From positions 512,001 to 576,000 of the forward strand of contig CAWJTV010000005.1 of assembly GCA_963845755.1 (NCBI GenBank): a stretch of 64,000 nt of DNA. Direction: 5' to 3'. Below the pieces are notes generated by a model. It did not search any database and had not been told where the DNA came from. It saw nothing but the letters and a program-made list of their open reading frames with translations. This document shows, one piece after another, positions 61,652 to 64,000 of this stretch. This DNA is from an uncultured Planctomycetota bacterium. Its GTDB lineage: Bacteria; Planctomycetota; Planctomycetia; Isosphaerales; Isosphaeraceae. The position numbers and the translations under genes were made by a program. How positions within the stretch are numbered: position 1 is the stretch's first letter; each line of letters begins with the position of its first letter.

Positions 61652-64000
61652 ATGATGATGAACTTTTCCCTGCAAGGCAAACCTACCCGCAAGCCGTCTA
61701 CGATCCTCCTGTGTGCGTTCCTGATCATTCTGATGGCCTGGACGAGGCTTGGATTCGCACAATCCCTGGAGGGTGCGCGTCAGTCCATTCCAGCGGAGAA
61801 GACGGCACAACAAGCGACCGATCAGCTCTTCGCACGCGACAACCTCATCGCCTGGTGCATCGTCCCGTTCGACAGCAAGAAGCGTGCCCCCGAAGCTGCG
61901 CGCAGCGATGCTGGAGCGGCTGGGGTTCAAGCACTTCGCCTACGATTGGCGGGCCGAACATATCCCGACGTTCGACGCCGAGATCGAGGCGTTGAAGAAG
62001 CATCATGTCTCGCTCGATGCCTTCTGGGTCGCGCCGGGCGAGCTGAACCGCGAGTCCCGGATCATCCTCGACGTGCTGAAGCGACATGGGGCCAAGGCTG
62101 AGCTGTGGGTGCTCCTCGATTTCGGTGGCGATCGTGCGACGGGCGCCGAGCAGGAACGACGGATCGATGCCGCCGTGGCCAAGCTTCGTCCTCTGGCTGA
62201 GGAGGCCGGCAAGATCGGCTGCTCGCTGGCGCTGTATAACCACGGCGGCTGGTTTGGCGAGCCAGAGAACCAGATCGCAATCATCGAGCGGCTCAAGGGC
62301 AAGGGCGTCGCGAACGTCGGGATGGTCTACAACCTTCACCACGGTCACGAGCACCTCGGCCGATTCCCCGAGCTACTCGTGAAGATGAAGCCCTATCTCA
62401 AGGCGGTGAACCTCAATGGAATGGATCCCGGCGGCGATCGCGTTGGACGGAAGATCCTCCCGCTCGGGCAAGGTGAGCGGGACCTCGAGCTTCTGCGGAT
62501 CATCCGCGATAGCGGCTACCGCGGGCCGATCGGCATCCTTGGCCACACTATGGACGACGCCGAGGAACGGCTGAGCGATAACCTCGATGGCCTGGACTGG
62601 CTGTTGCCCCAGCTCGAAGGCAAGGCTCCTGGCCCTCGTCCCAGGCCTGCGCACGCCTGTCCCTCCTCGTCCGGCCGCGAGCGGCTCGACGACGAGTTCG
62701 AGTGCAAACCCGGTCGCGGCACTGATCCAGGACGCCCAGAAGTCCGGTGACCCCCAGCACGGAGCCGCGGTCTTCGCCTCGCCGAAGTTCGCATGCCTCT
62801 CCTGCCACCGCGTCGGCGATCAGGGCGGCTCGGTCGGCCCCGACCTGACGACCGCCGGGGCCTGCATCAAGCCCGAGGAGCTCGTGGAATCGGTCCTGTT
62901 GCCCCGCAAACAGGTCAAGGAGGGATACGTGGCCATCTCGGTGGCGACCATCGACGGCAAGGTCCGCCAGGGTTACGAGCAATCCCAATCCGAGAAAGAG
63001 CTCACGCTCCGCGATCCGGCGACAGGCGACGTGATCCGGATCGATCGCACCGACATCGAAGCCGTCCGCAACGAAGGCTCGCTGATGCCCGAGCGCCTCA
63101 CCGACGCGATGACACCCGCCGAGCGCCGCGACCTCGTCCGCTTCCTGCTGGACCTCGGGCGTCCGGGGCTGGGAACCGCCGGCCACCTGCTCCGCCATTC
63201 TCACGTTCCGGCCGAGTTCACGTTCGATCGCGCCCCGATGCACCCGACGCAATGGCCGAACTGGCAACATCCGGTCAACCGCGACCGCGTTTATGACTTC
63301 TACGCCAAGGAAGCCGAGTTTTTCTCGAGGCAGAGCACCGTCCCGGTCTTGTTACCCCAGTACCCCGGGCTGGATGGTGGAAAATTGGGACACTGGGGAA
63401 ATCAGAGCGATGACACCTGGGTCGATGGACGCTGGAACCAGACCGATCTGGGCAACCTGCTTTGCGGAGTATTCCGAGGCGCGGGGGTCGTGGTGCCCAA
63501 GGGCGTCTGTGTCCGGCTCGGCGATCGGGGCGAACTGGCCGCATGCTTCAATCCCCAGACCCTCTGCTATGAGGCCCTCTGGAGCGGCGGCTTCATTCGA
63601 TTCTCGCCCACACGACACGGGATACTCGACGGCCTCATCATGGACGGGACCGCCCTCTCTCGACCGGAAGGGAAGTCGCCGGGCAAACCGTTTACATATC
63701 ACGGATTTTATCGATCGGGGCGCCGGGTCATTTTCGCTTATCGCATCGGCGATGTCGAATGGCTCGACGCTCCCTGGGTCGAGGACGGTCGATTCACTCG
63801 GGTCGTCGCGCCGGCCGACAAGCACCCGCTCGCCCACATGACACGAGGCGGCGTTCCACGACGTTGGCCGCAGGTCTTGACGACCCGCGGCAGGGTCGGC
63901 CGCAATGGACCCTATGCGATCGATACGATCGATCCGCCGTTCGAGAATCCTTGGAAGGCGCTGCAATTCTTCGGGGACCACGACTTCCTCCCCGACGGCA
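61652..64000 (+). CDS. Large PVC-type protein: TIM-barrel (xylose isomerase-like) domain, heme-c domain and C-terminal domain; frameshifted, runs off the window
   Basis: LIAWCIVPFD, LYNHGGWFGEPEN, YNLHHGH; from about 62760 AVFASPKFACLSCH (CxxCH), VGPDLT, SLMP, VNRDRVYDFYAKEA. Confidence 0.8.

Overview
This is a GC-rich planctomycete window, probably Isosphaeraceae-like, judged from LExR-type secretion motifs, a planctomycete ECF sigma factor, and DUF1559/DUF4058 remnants. The left 27 kb is an accessory island anchored at the 3' end of an intact tRNA-Leu(UAA) (26905-26989, minus strand) with an adjacent tyrosine integrase. It contains nested IS elements (ISNCY-like, IS630, ISAs1, IS4, an IS4-type MITE) and a ladder of up to five att-like modules, four with a tRNA-Leu(CAA)-derived core, separating unrelated cargo blocks. 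It also carries tmRNA-like and tRNA-Pro-like 3' scars. The most notable feature is a cassette-like array at 9.5-12.9 kb. There, small co-oriented genes are each bounded by a ~57-bp non-attC repeat that combines an 11-6-11 dif-like site (core CTATAG) with -35/17/-10 promoter geometry. The right 37 kb is mostly housekeeping: hybrid kinase, NatAB-like ABC transporter, manA, M16 peptidase, tatC, cobA-hemD, three Hsp20, BlaI/BlaR1-like pair, cimA, valS, tRNA-Ser, mqnA/mqnC, with interspersed REP-containing MITE-like repeats. Many single-base frameshifts, including in housekeeping genes, suggest indel errors in the assembly. All calls are by eye, with no database searches.
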